Under the pieces are notes generated by a model. It was given only the letters and a program-made list of their open reading frames with translations. It ran no database searches and was not told where the DNA came from. 64,000 bases of DNA, from contig CM068758.1 in assembly GCA_035084275.1 (NCBI GenBank), positions 248,001 to 312,000 on the forward strand, read 5' to 3'. The translations under genes and the position numbers were made by a program. Source of the DNA: Hydrolagus colliei (lineage: Eukaryota). Below, in pieces: positions 39,201 to 53,171 of this stretch. Every line of letters begins with the position of its first letter. Positions within the stretch are counted from its first letter, which is position 1.

Positions 39201-42200
39201 CCAGTGGCACAATGTGTGATGGCAGCCGATGTGTGAACCTTTCTTATTTTGCTTTGGAGGTCGGAGCTAAAGGAGCAGGCTGGCTGTTCCAATCCAAGTG
39301 TCGTGCGTCTACTCATTCTGCCAGACTGTGTCATTCTTTTGTTTGTGTAATTCTCTTCTTTCTGTTAATGTAGGGCTCCCTGGAGGATCGAATCATCCAG
39401 GCTAACCCTGTGCTGGAGGCCTTTGGTAACGCCAAGACCACCAGGAACAACAACTCGTCACGTTTTGTAAGTCTTTCCACCTATTTCATCCTATCCAAAG
39501 CTCAGCGTTTCATGTAGCTTTCCTGTTGGTCTATAATCTGAGATACATCTGCAGGACATGTTTGTGAAACCCCGCCCACCCACCACCTCTTGAGTTTACA
39601 TCTTTCAGTTCAACCCCCCACATGGACCCGGCTGCTCCCTTCACCCAGCAAACCATGTCTGTCTTGGTGTCCACGGCCCTATCTGCCCCCACCATTGGCG
39701 CGCCGTGGCTTTCAACCATTCCCGCGCACCCGCTCTCTGGAAATCGGAGACGTTACCTTCCAGTTTCACAATCCTCAGCATGAAAATTCATATTTCCCGA
39801 CGCGTTCAAGCTACAACAACAACAACAACAACCAAACAAACAACAACAGAGTTAACAACAATTCACTAATCTTGTGTTTCTCCTCCCACCCTCAATTCTC
39901 TCCAGGGTAAATTTATCCGAATTCACTTTGGCCCATCTGGTAAACTAGCTGGTGCTGATATTGAAAGCTGTAAGCAAATCTTTCACTTTGTTACAACTCG
40001 CGTTATTGAAAACATTGAATGTGAAATTATATTTTATGATGTACAGTATATTTGATATTCCTTGGGTCTCTCTTAACCTGTTGTTTCTCCCTCTCTTACA
40101 TTTCGGGTCCTCCTGTTTCCAGATTTGTTAGAAAAGTCTCGAGTCATCTCACAGCAACATGCTGAGCGAGGCTACCACATCTTCTACCAGCTCCTCTCTG
40201 GGAATATACCAAACATTTTAGGTGAGTCTCAGCATTACAGTCTTTGAGCCAATTTCAAGCAAAAAAAAATCTGATGGTATCGGTGAGTCACTATTCGCTG
40301 TGAGTCGCGTGACTCTCGGAAGGCTTCTTACCTTTGTTTCTGAATTATTTACTTTCCTGTCTCTTGCCAGATATGCTGCTGTTGATGCCTGATCCGAAAC
40401 AGTACTGTTGGGTGTGCCAGGGTGTGACTGTGGTGGACAACATGGATGATGGTGAAGAGCTCCGAGTGACTGATGTACGTCTCTCAGTCTTACACTTCCA
40501 CACACATAGAGTGTGCGTGTGTGCGTGCGTCACAGTCTGGGTTGCAAAGTGAGGCCAACATTGGCGATGTGAGATCAGTGTCACTCCTGGTTGACTGTGT
40601 TTTCATGGTTACATTGGGAAATACTGATTCAAAGACTTAAATTGACAACGGCGGAAGATTTACATTGGAACATTTTATCCAAACGCAAGCAATCTCTGGA
40701 GATAAGACAATTTTGTGGGTCCCATAGTCTCCCAGTGGTTCAACAGACAAGCCAAACAGATGTGAAATGTTTGACGGTGGCTTTATTATTGCCCAATGGG
40801 AAAAATATCACATTATTTTGCCTCCATTTTCACATAACATTTCTGATGGGAAATGAAAAGATACTTTCATTTAAATGGTCCATTAAAAGCGTGGAATAAA
40901 TTAAATCTTTGTTCCAAAGGAAGCCTTTGACGTGCTGGGCTTCACCACTGAGGAGAAATACGGTGTCTACAAGCTGACCGGAGCCATCATGCATTTCGGG
41001 AACATGAAGTTTAAGCAGAAGTCCAGGGATGAGCAGGCCGACATCGAAACTACAGAAGGTCGGTCACTTACACTCTTACTAATGCAGCCAAATAGCAGCA
41101 CGCGATTCGATTGACTCACTTGAAGTCAGTCAATCGATCGACTGATCGATCGATCAATAAATCAATCAGTTCTGTGGCCTAACCCATTTGCCCCGCACTA
41201 GAATACAGGCTGAATGCCACGCTGTCTACTCACACATTGTGACCCAACCTGCTCCAAACCTGGGAGTATTGGGGAATTTGTCTCTGGTGTTGACAAAACA
41301 GATTACAAGGGGGCTGATGGATTCCCGCATCATGTTCCGCTGGGAATCAGTTGTACGGCCACAACAAGTGCTTGAGCCAAGCTCAGAGACTGATAATGTT
41401 TAGTTGTTGACTCTGAGATTTAATGTAAATATATATGAGATGGGCCAACTAAACTCATACACTCTAGATCCTGATTTAAGGAACAGCATTTCAATCCTGT
41501 TTTGATATCTCTCACCATCCCTCCCCAACTTGTTGGTTCCCATTCAATTGTCTATTTCCTCTTCAAAGGAAATCCAACATACACCATGAGTATATTCCGA
41601 GAGGCTGAATCCTGCCTTTGTAAATAGCAACTGGATCTGCAAAGACATTCATCTCCTGCCTTTTCTCAGTTGCTTTCCTTGTCTGCTCGTTTCCAGTGGC
41701 CGACAAAGTCTCCCACTTGATGGCTCTCAATTCGGGGGAGCTCCAGAAGGGCATCACCAGACCAAGGGTCAAAGTTGGTAACGAGTTTGTGCAGAAAGCC
41801 CAGAATGTGGCCCAGGTGAGTCTTTCACTAATTTCTCAAAAGAACGTCCCCCTCCCACAGAGCAGTCACTGGCCTGGACACACTGGATAGACAAATATTA
41901 CTTTTGGGCACTCTTGGTCTCACATTCAAAGCCCTCCATGGCCTCGCCCCACCCTACTTCTGCCATGTCCTAACCCTCTACCGACCTGCCTGCCCCCTCC
42001 GCTCAGTGACCTGCCCTCCCCTCCGGCCTGTTCCACATTCCCCAACCAACCATCCCACTTTCAGCCACTCTGTCCCCAACTCCGGAACTCCATCCCGCAG
42101 TCCCTCCACCTCGCTCCCTCGCCAACCTCCATCAAGTCGCATCTCGAGACCCTCCTCTTTGATGGTCCTATCGGTCACCCCAAATCCCCCACCTTTCCCT

Positions 42201-45200
42201 CCACCCTCTCTGTCCCCGATCCCAGCTCGGGTCTGAAACAAGGACGTCCAGCAGACGTGAAAGGCGCTGTCTACACAAGTGTCATTTTGTTGTGGTTGGA
42301 ATTCTATTCACTGCTGGTAATAATCTTGTTATTACTCTCTCTCTTTCTCAGTGCTCCAACTCAGTTGGTGCCCTAGGAAAAGCCGTCTACGATAAAATGT
42401 TCAAGTGGATGGTTGTAAGAATTAACAAGACCTTGGACACTAAGATGCAGCGTCAGCACTTTATAGGCGTGCTGGACATTGCTGGCTTTGAAATCTTTGA
42501 GGTAAAGGTTTACTGGCAGCCCCGTGTCAACAGTAATGCTTGATGCCATGCTCAGGTAATGGAGACGTTGGCACTGATCTTTCCCACTGTGACACAGGAT
42601 TTCACAATGCACGTTTTGGCAGCTAATCCTTTGGCAGTTTTGATAGAAATCTCCCAGTTAACATACAGTTTACAACAGTGCCTCTCGCTTGGTGGAATTT
42701 CTTTGGAATCTTGCTTCCGACTCCGTCTGCTATAATAATAATAATAATAATAATAATCCTTGCATTTGATATAACGGCTTTTCACATCTTATCGACATCA
42801 CAAAGCGCTTCACAGAGTATACTGTAAAGTGAATTGACTTTGGCGAGCGAGCGAAACTCGGCAGCCAATTGCGCACAGCAGTGTGTCCCCCACCCACCCC
42901 ACAAACAGTCGTGGATTGAAAATGACCAATTTTTTTTTATTATTGTGTTATTGTTTTTTTGGACGGACTATCTACTCCAGTGTGGTGTATATATAAATAT
43001 TTTAACATTGAATATTTTAAAATAGCACATTAAAAACATTGGGTTGCATTCACAAGGCCGGACCTTCTTTTGACTTAAAAGTTTAAGATTGGATAGTAAA
43101 GGCTGTAGAGGCAAAATCGAATGGCGTATTTAAGAGAGAAGAGGGGAAATGTACTTATTCAGTGGGCGTTTGCCACATGGTCTTCTCTGTCTGCTCATAT
43201 GCTATAAAAAGGTTACGAATTAAGAGCAATCTTGAGTAGAAAGGGAGCCTCATTCTCTGCCCTGTCTTTTCCCTCCCGTCCCATAGTCCAACAGCTTTGA
43301 GCAACTCTGCATCAACTTCACCAACGAGAAGCTGCAGCAATTCTTCAACCATCACATGTTCGTCCTGGAACAGGAGGAGTACAAGAAGGAAGGGATCGAC
43401 TGGGTGTTCATTGACTTTGGCATGGACCTGCAGGCCTGCATCGAGCTGCTGGAGAAGGTCAGTTTGCTGCTCTCCAATTTCTATAACCAAACTGCCGGGA
43501 ACATTGTTTCATGTAATAATAATAACAAGGATAATCCTTGCATTTGACCGTCTGTATGTGGGGATGTATTTGTATTTGGGACGTCCTCCTGACGCGAAAG
43601 GCGCTGCACAGATGTCATTTGTTGTCCTTGTTGACGATGTATTTGCAGCCCATGGGAATCTTCTCCATCCTGGAGGAGCAGTGCGTGTTCCCGAAGGCCA
43701 CGGACGCCACGTTCAAGTCCGCCCTGTACGACAATCACCTGGGCAAGTCCAACAACTTCCTGAAACCCAAAGGTGGCAAAGGCAAGGGAGGAGAGGCCAC
43801 GTTTGAGCTGGTGCACTACGCGGGCAATGTGAGTATCCATCAGGATTTCACCAAATATTTCCATTCATTCTGTTTTCCAACCACGTTGTGTGTTCTCTGT
43901 GATTCTCAATCTATGCTCCACCTCCATTCTCCTCACATCTCAAGGTTGGGTACAGCACCCAAGGGTGGCTGGAGAAAAATAAGGATCCCCTGAACGAAAC
44001 AGTGATGGGCTTGTTCCAGAAGTCTTCCATGAATATATTAGCCACTCTCTTCAAAGAAGAAGAAGCCAAAGGTGAGTTATTCAATGTATTCCTTTCCTCA
44101 GAGCGCACGAGAAATAATAATTACACCTAATAATAATCCCTCAAAAAAAAACGCTGTGAGTCACACCGTGTATTGATTGATCTGAATCATGGCCGTACTC
44201 TCTGTGGCGTCTGCGGGCATCTGTTGCCGGTAGCGGCTTGAAGTATATAAACCTGATTTTAAATATTCCTCGTGTGTTCCTCATCCACAGGTACCACCAA
44301 AAAACAGAAGAAAGGAGCTTCCTTCCAGACCGTGTCTGCGTTCTACCGGGTAAGAGCAACAAGCTCTCTTTGCGTCAGTTGTCATTGATTGCTTCCACCA
44401 ATGGGAGTGGGTGGGGGGGGGGGGGAGGGGGGGAGTTGGAGGGAGTGGGAGAATCAAAGGCTGCTAGGATAGGTCGAGAACATTAAAGAGTGCCCTGGTT
44501 CTTAAGCGAAGAATAGTTGTGAAGAATTCTACAGCTCTGTACCTTGCTCCCACCTTCCGCTCTGTTTAGTGGGGTAGACAATTTGTACAATGGAAGACGA
44601 CGAGAGGATTATTTCAGAACTGTGGCTGGTGTGGGTTCATCTCTCCCTCACCGTCTCTCCCTCACCGTCTCTCCCTCACCGTCTCTCCCTCACCGTCTCT
44701 CCCTCACCGTCTCTCCCTCACCGTCTCTCCCTCACCGTCTCTCCCTCACCGTCTCTCCCTCACTGTATCACCCTCACTGTCTCATCACAGGAGCAGCTGA
44801 ACAAGCTGATGACCACACTCCGCAGCACGGCACCCCATTTTGTCCGCTGCATCGTACCGAACGAGAACAAGCAGTCAGGTAGGGCGGACAGCAGAATCAC
44901 TCTCCAACAAGGATTTCTAAAGGGTAGAGGGATTAAGGGATATGGAGATAAGGGGGGGCAGGCGGAGTTAGATTAGAAGATCAGCCATGATTTTATTGAA
45001 TGGCGGGGGGCAGGCTTGAGGGGCTGAATAGCCTACTCCTGCTCCTAATTCCTAAAAAAAAAACACAGCTCATCTCCCACACTAAGCATGAACTGCCTAC
45101 AGTTTCTCTCTGGTTATGTTGCAGTGAATGTAGCCAGCAAATCATAGGATCCAGGAGCTTTGCAATTTGAATGAAGAAGGTTTTTTTTCTAAAGAATAGA

Positions 45201-48200
45201 GTGAGATCTGCCGTCAAATAAACCTCTCAGCAAATGGATTTTGGTTCATAAAAAACAAACTTGTTCCAAATTTAGGCCAAATGTACAGATTTCCCACAAC
45301 CAATTGGAGAAATCTGAAATTTGAAACTGAAATATTTTGGGTGAGAGGGTGTCAGACAGATGCCAAGGTGGAAGCTTGGGCCTCGATGTAAGGCACGGGC
45401 ACACAATACAAATGTATCACGTTTCTTGGCTCCAACGTGTGAGCGGCGGACGATAGCGAGCGTCAGGAAAAAGCTGTGAGTCTGGTCAGCAATGAGTCAC
45501 TTCCTCCAGGTGCGGTGGACGCCAGCCTGATCCTCCACCAACTGGCCTGCAATGGTGTGTTGGAGGGAATCAGGATCTGCAGGAAGGGGTTCCCCAACAG
45601 GCTGCAGTATCCCGAGTTTAAACAGCGGTGAGTCCCAGACTGAAACTTTCCCGCCACCTCCCCCCCCACCCCCACACCCACCCCATTCGCCTACAAAATA
45701 CACGGCCGCGACACGAGACTTTGCAGTAAACCCGGAAGAGCTCTTCAAGACGTTCGCGTATTTTACAGGCACAACATCACACGCAGGGATTATAATAAAT
45801 CAGAAATGATATTTTGTGAAGCTGTTTTGAGACACCAATGGCAATGATGATAAGGCGCTCTGTCAAAGGCAAGGATCTAATCTAAGATCGGTTGTGGTCG
45901 TGAGGTGGAAACGGTTGACGAATGCAATTTCTAGATTTAGTTTATGGTTAGAATATGTTTGAAAATCGCAAGTCACATCAGACAAACTTGATGTTTGAAA
46001 AGGTGTTTTGTGGTTGCTCAGATACTACATCCTGAACCCCAACGTCATCCCCAAGGGTTTCATTGACAACAAGAAGGCCTCAGACCTTCTGCTGGGCACA
46101 CTTGGTCTGGAGGATAACGAGTACAAAATTGGACACACAAAGGTGAGCGGCGGAAAGCACCAGACGTACAGCTTCTTATTTCAAATCGTATTTATGCAAA
46201 ATACTAAATGGTATCGTTGATGCCTTTCCCGACGGCAATAAAACTGGAGACCAGATGGTCTGGCCTTAAATTTAAGAAGGCGCAGAATTGTGGAATCTTT
46301 TCTTTCAGTCCAGTCGGGATTTGGAAACCAGTTTCTTTATAAGAACTGTATATAAAATATATATATTTCCAGATTAGCACTGTATTGGAAAACAATTCTG
46401 TAGAATCTTAATGTTGCAAAGGGAATTGCTGCCCAGTGGTAGAACAGACAGACAAGTCTAGAATTACTCTATTTATGTGTTTAGAGTGGTGGAGTCTCAG
46501 GTGATGTGAACCCTGTCAAATGCAAACATTATTACTACAGTATTATGAAATACAACACCAACAAAATTGCACTTATATAGCGTCTTTCACATCGGGAGGA
46601 CGTCCCAAAGCGCTGATACCACAAGAAGTAGTTGTGCCAATAAGCAGGAAATTACTCTCGATAAGGATGGCAAATGCTCATTCATGTGTATTCTCTATAA
46701 TAACGATAATAATAATAATGTAGTATTATTGTTATTATTCTCTCTGTTGTGAAGGTGTTTTTCCGGGCTGGGGTCTTGGCTAAATTGGAAGACATGCGCG
46801 ACGATCGCCTGGCGAAGATCCTGACAATGTTGCAGTGTCGATTACGTGGTAATCTGATGCGCAAGGAGTTTAAGAGGATGCTGGACACAAGGTGAGACCT
46901 GAAACACTGACCCATTTGAAGGGTGTTAAGAACTTAAGAGCATAAGAATTAGGAGCAGGAGTAGGCCATTCAGCCCCTCGAGCCTCATGGCTGATCTTCT
47001 AACCTAACTCTAATTACCTGCCCTATCCCCATATCCCCTAATCCCTCTATTTTTTCAAAAAATCTATCAGTCTCAGCCTTGAAAATGTTCAAGTGTTCTG
47101 CAAATGCAAGTTGATGTTGTTGTTCTTTACGTTCAGTGTTTAATTTTTAAAAAATGTTTTATGTTTAACTGACTGCTGCGATTCTCCCACAAATGTATAC
47201 AGTCAATTCACTTTACAGTATATTCCGCGAAGCGCTTTGAGACGTCGATAAGATGTGAAAAGCCGCGATATCAAATGCAAGGATTATTATTATTATTTAT
47301 TGTGGACACACTCCCTGTTTACTTAATCACAGGAAGAATTAGGTGCAATTTGTCAGGAGCCAAAGGTTGTTGGGGACCCGACAAATGTGTGCGGGTGGGG
47401 TCACTACTAGAGTTTAACCAACTCAAAACCATTGCAAAAGCTTCCCACCGCTTGTCCAGCTAGAGACAACCTACTCATTAGGGTTTGGGCTTCCACAGTT
47501 TCTCTAACAATTTCTCTACTTTGTTTGCAGGATAGCACTGATTGTCATTCAACGAAACATTCGCAAATTCCTACAACTGCGTTACTGGGGTTGGTGGAAG
47601 CTGTACACTAAGGTGAGTATCCCAGAGGAATTGTGTTGTACTATTAGCCTCCACTGAGCCTGTTATTAGAGGGGACACTAGCACAGGTTTACAGTAAAGC
47701 TACCGCAAATTAAACATGGATAGTATAATCCAACGCCTTGTGGCTGTTTACTGGAACTCTTACACTGCACTTGGAAATACCCACAGGTCAAGCCTCTGCT
47801 CAACGTGGCTCGTCAAGATGAAGACATGAAGCAGAAAGAGGAGGAACTAAGGACAGCGTTGGAGAAGACCAAAGAGATACTTGCACGCTTGAAGGAACTG
47901 GAGGAGAAGACAGCTAGTCTCTCCCAAGAGAATAATGATCTCAAAATACAACTGCAGGCAGTAAGTAGCCCGCGAGTATTCAACAAGAACCCAAACCAGT
48001 TGAACCTGCCCAATTACTTTCTGTGAATGGGAATAAAGGGATTGTTTTTTTAAAAAAAGATCCAGGATGGACGCAACGGGTCAAAAAGCTTACTTCTGCT
48101 CTGTTAAATTTTTATGTTTCTGTGGTTCTAGGAGCAAGACAACATGTCTGATGCGGAGGAGAAATGCACTCAGCTGATGAAAAGCAAGATTAACCTAGAA

Positions 48201-49196
48201 AGCCAAATGTCCGAGATGAAGGAGAGGCTGGAAGAGGAGGAGAACATCTCCTCTAGTATATCGGCCACCAAGAGGAAGCTGGAGGAGGAGATAACCGACC
48301 TCAAGCGTGACCTGGAGGCTCTGGAGATGACTCTGGCCAAAACGGAGAAAGAAAAGCAGGTACCATTCTCTCCTGCGCTAGGGATTGCTGATCTTCCACT
48401 CAGCTGGGGTTGAGCCAGAAAGGGTTCTCAGACTCTCAGCCCCCACTCTCTGGAACTCCATCCTGGGAATCCTCTGATTCAGCACTTCAGATTGTGAGCT
48501 GCTCTGTCAATGTCATTTTGTTGTTGTTGTAAATCACGGGAAAAACAGTGGTCTCAACATATCCACTTATTTCTAATCCTTCACCGACCTTTCTTTAAAC
48601 CGATAAAACCCAACCCACGGATCCGATTGTGTCCTTCTGTAATTGACAATACCTTGTTTCTCTTCAACCTTTAATAACCTTGTTCTCATGCCCTCCCTCC
48701 CTCCCTCCCTCCCTCCTTCCCCCCCTCCCTCCCTCCATCCATCCCTCCCTCCCTCCCTCCCTCCCTCCCTCTGGCAGTCGCTGGACCACCGAGTGCGCTC
48801 CCTGATTCAAGATGTCAGTCAGCGTGATGACACCATTGCCAAGCTAATAAAGGAAAAGAAAGCCTTGGAGGAACTGTACCAGGTAAGGTACGACACTGAT
48901 GGTCAAACCATCCGCTAACCGCGTTCAACCGGGATCCATTCCAGGGTCACGTCACCACATCGTTCACTCTCGGCCACCATTCTTTCTCTCCGTAGAAAAC
49001 ACTGGACGACCTTCAAGCCGAGGTAGATAAAGTAAACCACCTCACCAAGAGCAACAGCAAACTCAACTCTCAGATCCAAGAGGTAATGGGGCGCAGGTGA
49101 CCTTTTTTTTTCTTCAGTTGCCCCCTAAGAGAGGCAGACATTTTAAAAAGAGAGGTAGACGTTTATTTGGGGAGGACGGGTTTGTGAGGTTATGGG

Positions 49197-49235
<39 letters not shown>

Positions 49236-52200
49236 GAGGAGTGGGATTGAGTTGCTCTTTTCGAAGAGCCAGGGCACAGACTCGATGGACCGAATGGCCT
49301 CCTTTTGTGCTGTAAGATCCTATGATTTTAAGTGTTCTCAATGTGCGCCTGTGTGCGGTGGGGATAACACCAAACTCTCCTTCACCGTTAACACATTGTG
49401 TTGAATTGGCAGCTGGAAGACAACTGGGGCCAGGAGAAGAAGATCAGGGCCGAGGTGGAGAAGGCCCGGCGGAAGGCTGAGGGAGACCTGAGAATGACTA
49501 TCGATAACCTGAATGATATGGAGCGTTCCAAGATTGATCTGGAGGAGGTGCTCAAAAAGTGTGTAACCTACGTCTGTGAGCGAACTCACCTGATAGACAA
49601 GGCAGCCTAACAGCCTCGTCCTCTAGCCAGTGACATGTGCATAAAATAAACTTTGTACTGATGCACTTTGAGAATGGTAGAGGGTTCCATGAATCTGTAG
49701 TCGCCGAATTATCTGGAAAACTAAGCCACCAACAAATTTTCTGAGAAGACAAGCCTTCCCAGATCTGGTGGAAACACTAAAAGCTTCCGTTACGAATCGT
49801 TTCCCCCCCAACTATTTGCCAACTGTGATGCTTTTGACCCGTGGTTCTGTGCCCAGCCCTTCAGATGCCTTTTGTTCGTTACAGGAAGGAACTGGAGATT
49901 AATTCTGTCAACAGCAAGTGGGAAGATGAACAGTCACTGAATACCACACTGCACAGGAAATTCAAGGAGCATCAGGTACAGTCCAGCCCAGATGCTGGGA
50001 ACTGTGACATGTTAATCTGTGATGACTTGGGAGGGAATTGTATGGTAATGGGCTACTCTCTTTATTCCCAGGCACGCATTGAAGAGCTCGAAGAGGAGCT
50101 TGAGGCAGAGCGTAACATGAAATCCAAGGTGAGCCCAGGGCAGGGTGTCCTTTGCACTAGAACTGAAAAGTGTTCCAAACTGTTCTGTATCACATACAGT
50201 AATTGGGTTCTGGTGAAGAAGGCCCTTTGACCTGTCTAATCCCACCCTGCTGTCCCTCTGCCATTGTTTCTATAATTAGGAAACCTTTCATGTCTTGCAT
50301 AAAATGGGAACTCTTTTTTAACCCAATAGGACTGTACTATCAACTATACTGACAAGAGAAATCAGTCACTGACTGTGTGTGTGAGAGAGAGAGTGTTTGT
50401 GTGTGTGAGAGTGTTTGTCCACCCCTGGGTCAGTGTTACTGCTGCCAATCTAGGCCACTGGACTGTTGTGGAGAGGCAGCAGGTTGTGCTTAGCTAGTCC
50501 AAAGTGCCAAACGTATCTGACGTTCCCGCTTTTCTGATGTGTGCAGGTGGAGAAGCAGAGAGCTGAGCTTTCGCGGGAGTTGGAGGATCTGAACGACAGA
50601 CTGGAGGAAGCTGGTGGTGCCACGGTGGCACAGGTACTCCGTACATCAGCCCCTCCCCACCCTTGCGGTAGAGGTTTCATCCTACAAAGCGCACAGCAGT
50701 TATTTTATGTTGGTGTTTTGTTGTCGTTGTCATACAAGACCTCGGAACACCATTAGCTGCCTGGTGCATTGATATTGAAGTGTATTTTATATACAATAAC
50801 ATCAACTGTACAAAAATCTGACCTGTGCACCACAGTTGTCACACATATGACGACAGTTTGACGTTTCCCCTACAGTACGCCATATTTTGGGTGGGCTGAC
50901 ACATCTCCCCTCCTTCCCCCACCCCCACCTACCCGCCCCCACCCTCTTGCCCCCTCTTCTCTTCTGCCCACACAGATCGAGAGTAACAAGAAGCGGGAGA
51001 TCGAGCTCCTGAAGCTGCGGCGGGAGGTGGAGGAAGCCTCGCTTCAGGCCGAGGCCACCGCCTCCGCCTTCAGGAAAAAACACTCCGACTCCATGGCCGA
51101 GATGGCCGAGCAGGTGGAGAACCTGCAGAGGGTCAAAAACAAACTGGAGAAGGACAAGCAGTTCATGAAAGCTGAGCTCGACGACCTGAGCACCAACCTA
51201 GAGACCTCGCAGAAAACCAAGGTCAGAAAGCTAAAGGAACCCGAGGGTTGGGGTGGGAGGGGGTGGGGGAGCAGGGAGAGATTGGCAGAGTGAAAATATC
51301 CTTTCCTCGTTCCAAGCCTTCCCTTAAAGAAGAGAGTTTTCTCTGCGTGTCCTGCCTAACAATTCCCCGAGGTTATAAAATAACTATTGACTATTGAGCT
51401 GTTTGTGGAGCACTGCAGTGAGCAAATTGGCTGCCGGACTCAGACACACATATGCACAGTCACACCACTTTACAGTAACTTTGAGAATCTCTTTGAAATA
51501 TACGCCACACTACAAACGCAGGTGCGAGGATGGCTTCTTCCTGCGGGTGTTGTTCGATGTTGATGTTGTTCTATTGTTTCAATAACTGGGAAATTACCTT
51601 GTTCTTCCCCTGCAATAGGCCAACTCTGAGATGCATGTCAGGAAGTTGGAGGATAGCCTCGCTGAGGCCAATGCTAAACTTGCTGAAATGGAGAGGAACA
51701 CAACAGAACTCAATGGATTGAAAACCAGGCTCACCGGTTAGGCACAGCTAATAATCATCTGCTGTCAAAGGAACAACGTTTAATCTTATCGTACCCCCAC
51801 CATACACACAACACACACACACACATACACAACACACACACACACACACAACACCATTTTATCTTCAAGTCGAATGCCGCAGAATTCTTAAAGTTCTTAA
51901 ATTCAGACTCAATTTGGAACGCGTTTTTCTCCAGCATTAGGACTGAACGGCTTCGGAATTAAGACTGAACTTGAGAAATATCCCTCAATTCTGCGCTGTC
52001 TTAAATTGTAAGGTATGACGGGCTAAGATAAAGTGAGATTGCGGGACAGTGGCGCGCTTCAACAGCTAAGAACTTTGGAGGTCACAGATTAACACACTCA
52101 TTCGGACGACCACACAAGCTCAACCAGCCAAACTTTACAGCCTGCAACCTATATGTCTTGTGTCAACTTACTCATGAATTTCATTCAGTTTCTAATAGGG

Positions 52201-53135
52201 ACAAGATTTGAACAACTTCCCACAAAGGTTTGATGTCTCTTTGCCTCTGGGTATGTGTTTGGTCCCTGGACCCAACGCCCTGTACAGTAACACAATTTAT
52301 TGCGCCCCCCCAAAAAATGACAGTCAAAACAGACAAATTAATTTCCTGGACTGATCTGGTTTCCTCTCAGTTTTCTTTTGCGTTTGATCTGCCCCTATTG
52401 TTCCAGTCTCATTACAGTTCACAAGCAGCCATCCAGGAGCCAGGCTGCTGCTGTTCATGCTGGATGTTTTGCTGGATTATTTTCAATGGCCTGTGTGTGG
52501 GAGGAAGCAGTGATAAAGTTACAATACAGGGGGAATGAGGAATTAACACGGAACCGCTATGTGTTGGCCCTGTGAATATGGTGTCATCTGAAAGTTAATA
52601 TGTTTTTTCAGATGTAAAGGGTGGTTTTGGAAGCATAACAATTGGGGCCAGTCCTGGTTGTTTAATGGATAGACCTGAGTTTACTAGTTTCAGCCAGGGA
52701 AGCTAAATTGGTCACCGGCCTTTCCCAGAGTTAGGGAAGCCCAAACCAGTTGCTTTGATGGCACTCTCTACTGAGTGGGAAGAGGCCTGGTGAGGAGATA
52801 TCAAACCTTTAGAAAATTGTTCCCATCTTTCCCCTGTTGGAAAGTATCCAGATTTTGCGAAACCCATCTGGACTGATTTACTGATGTTGGGAATTAATCG
52901 GCATTGGGAAACAATTCCGGGGTAAGGAGATCCCATTTTCCGGCTAAATCTCCTGTACAACATCCAGCGCAGACTATAGCAATGTGAATCGCACAGTTAA
53001 CGCCTTTAACGCTACCTCTTCGAGATCACCTGTGCTCAGCTTCCCGCTTTTCCCTCATCCAGTGTCGATTCCCTGACACTGTGAAGATCAGTGAGACCTT
53101 ATCCTGCGGGAAGTCTGGCTGTGTGAATACAGGAC

Positions 53136-53171
<36 letters not shown>

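Noticed and set aside
44640-44779. CRISPR-like array
   Set aside because: Head-to-tail tandem repeat without spacers, in eukaryotic DNA.
52338-52954. Telomerase RNA or hammerhead ribozyme
   Set aside because: No CTAACCCT template and no CUGAUGA...GAAA core seen on either strand.
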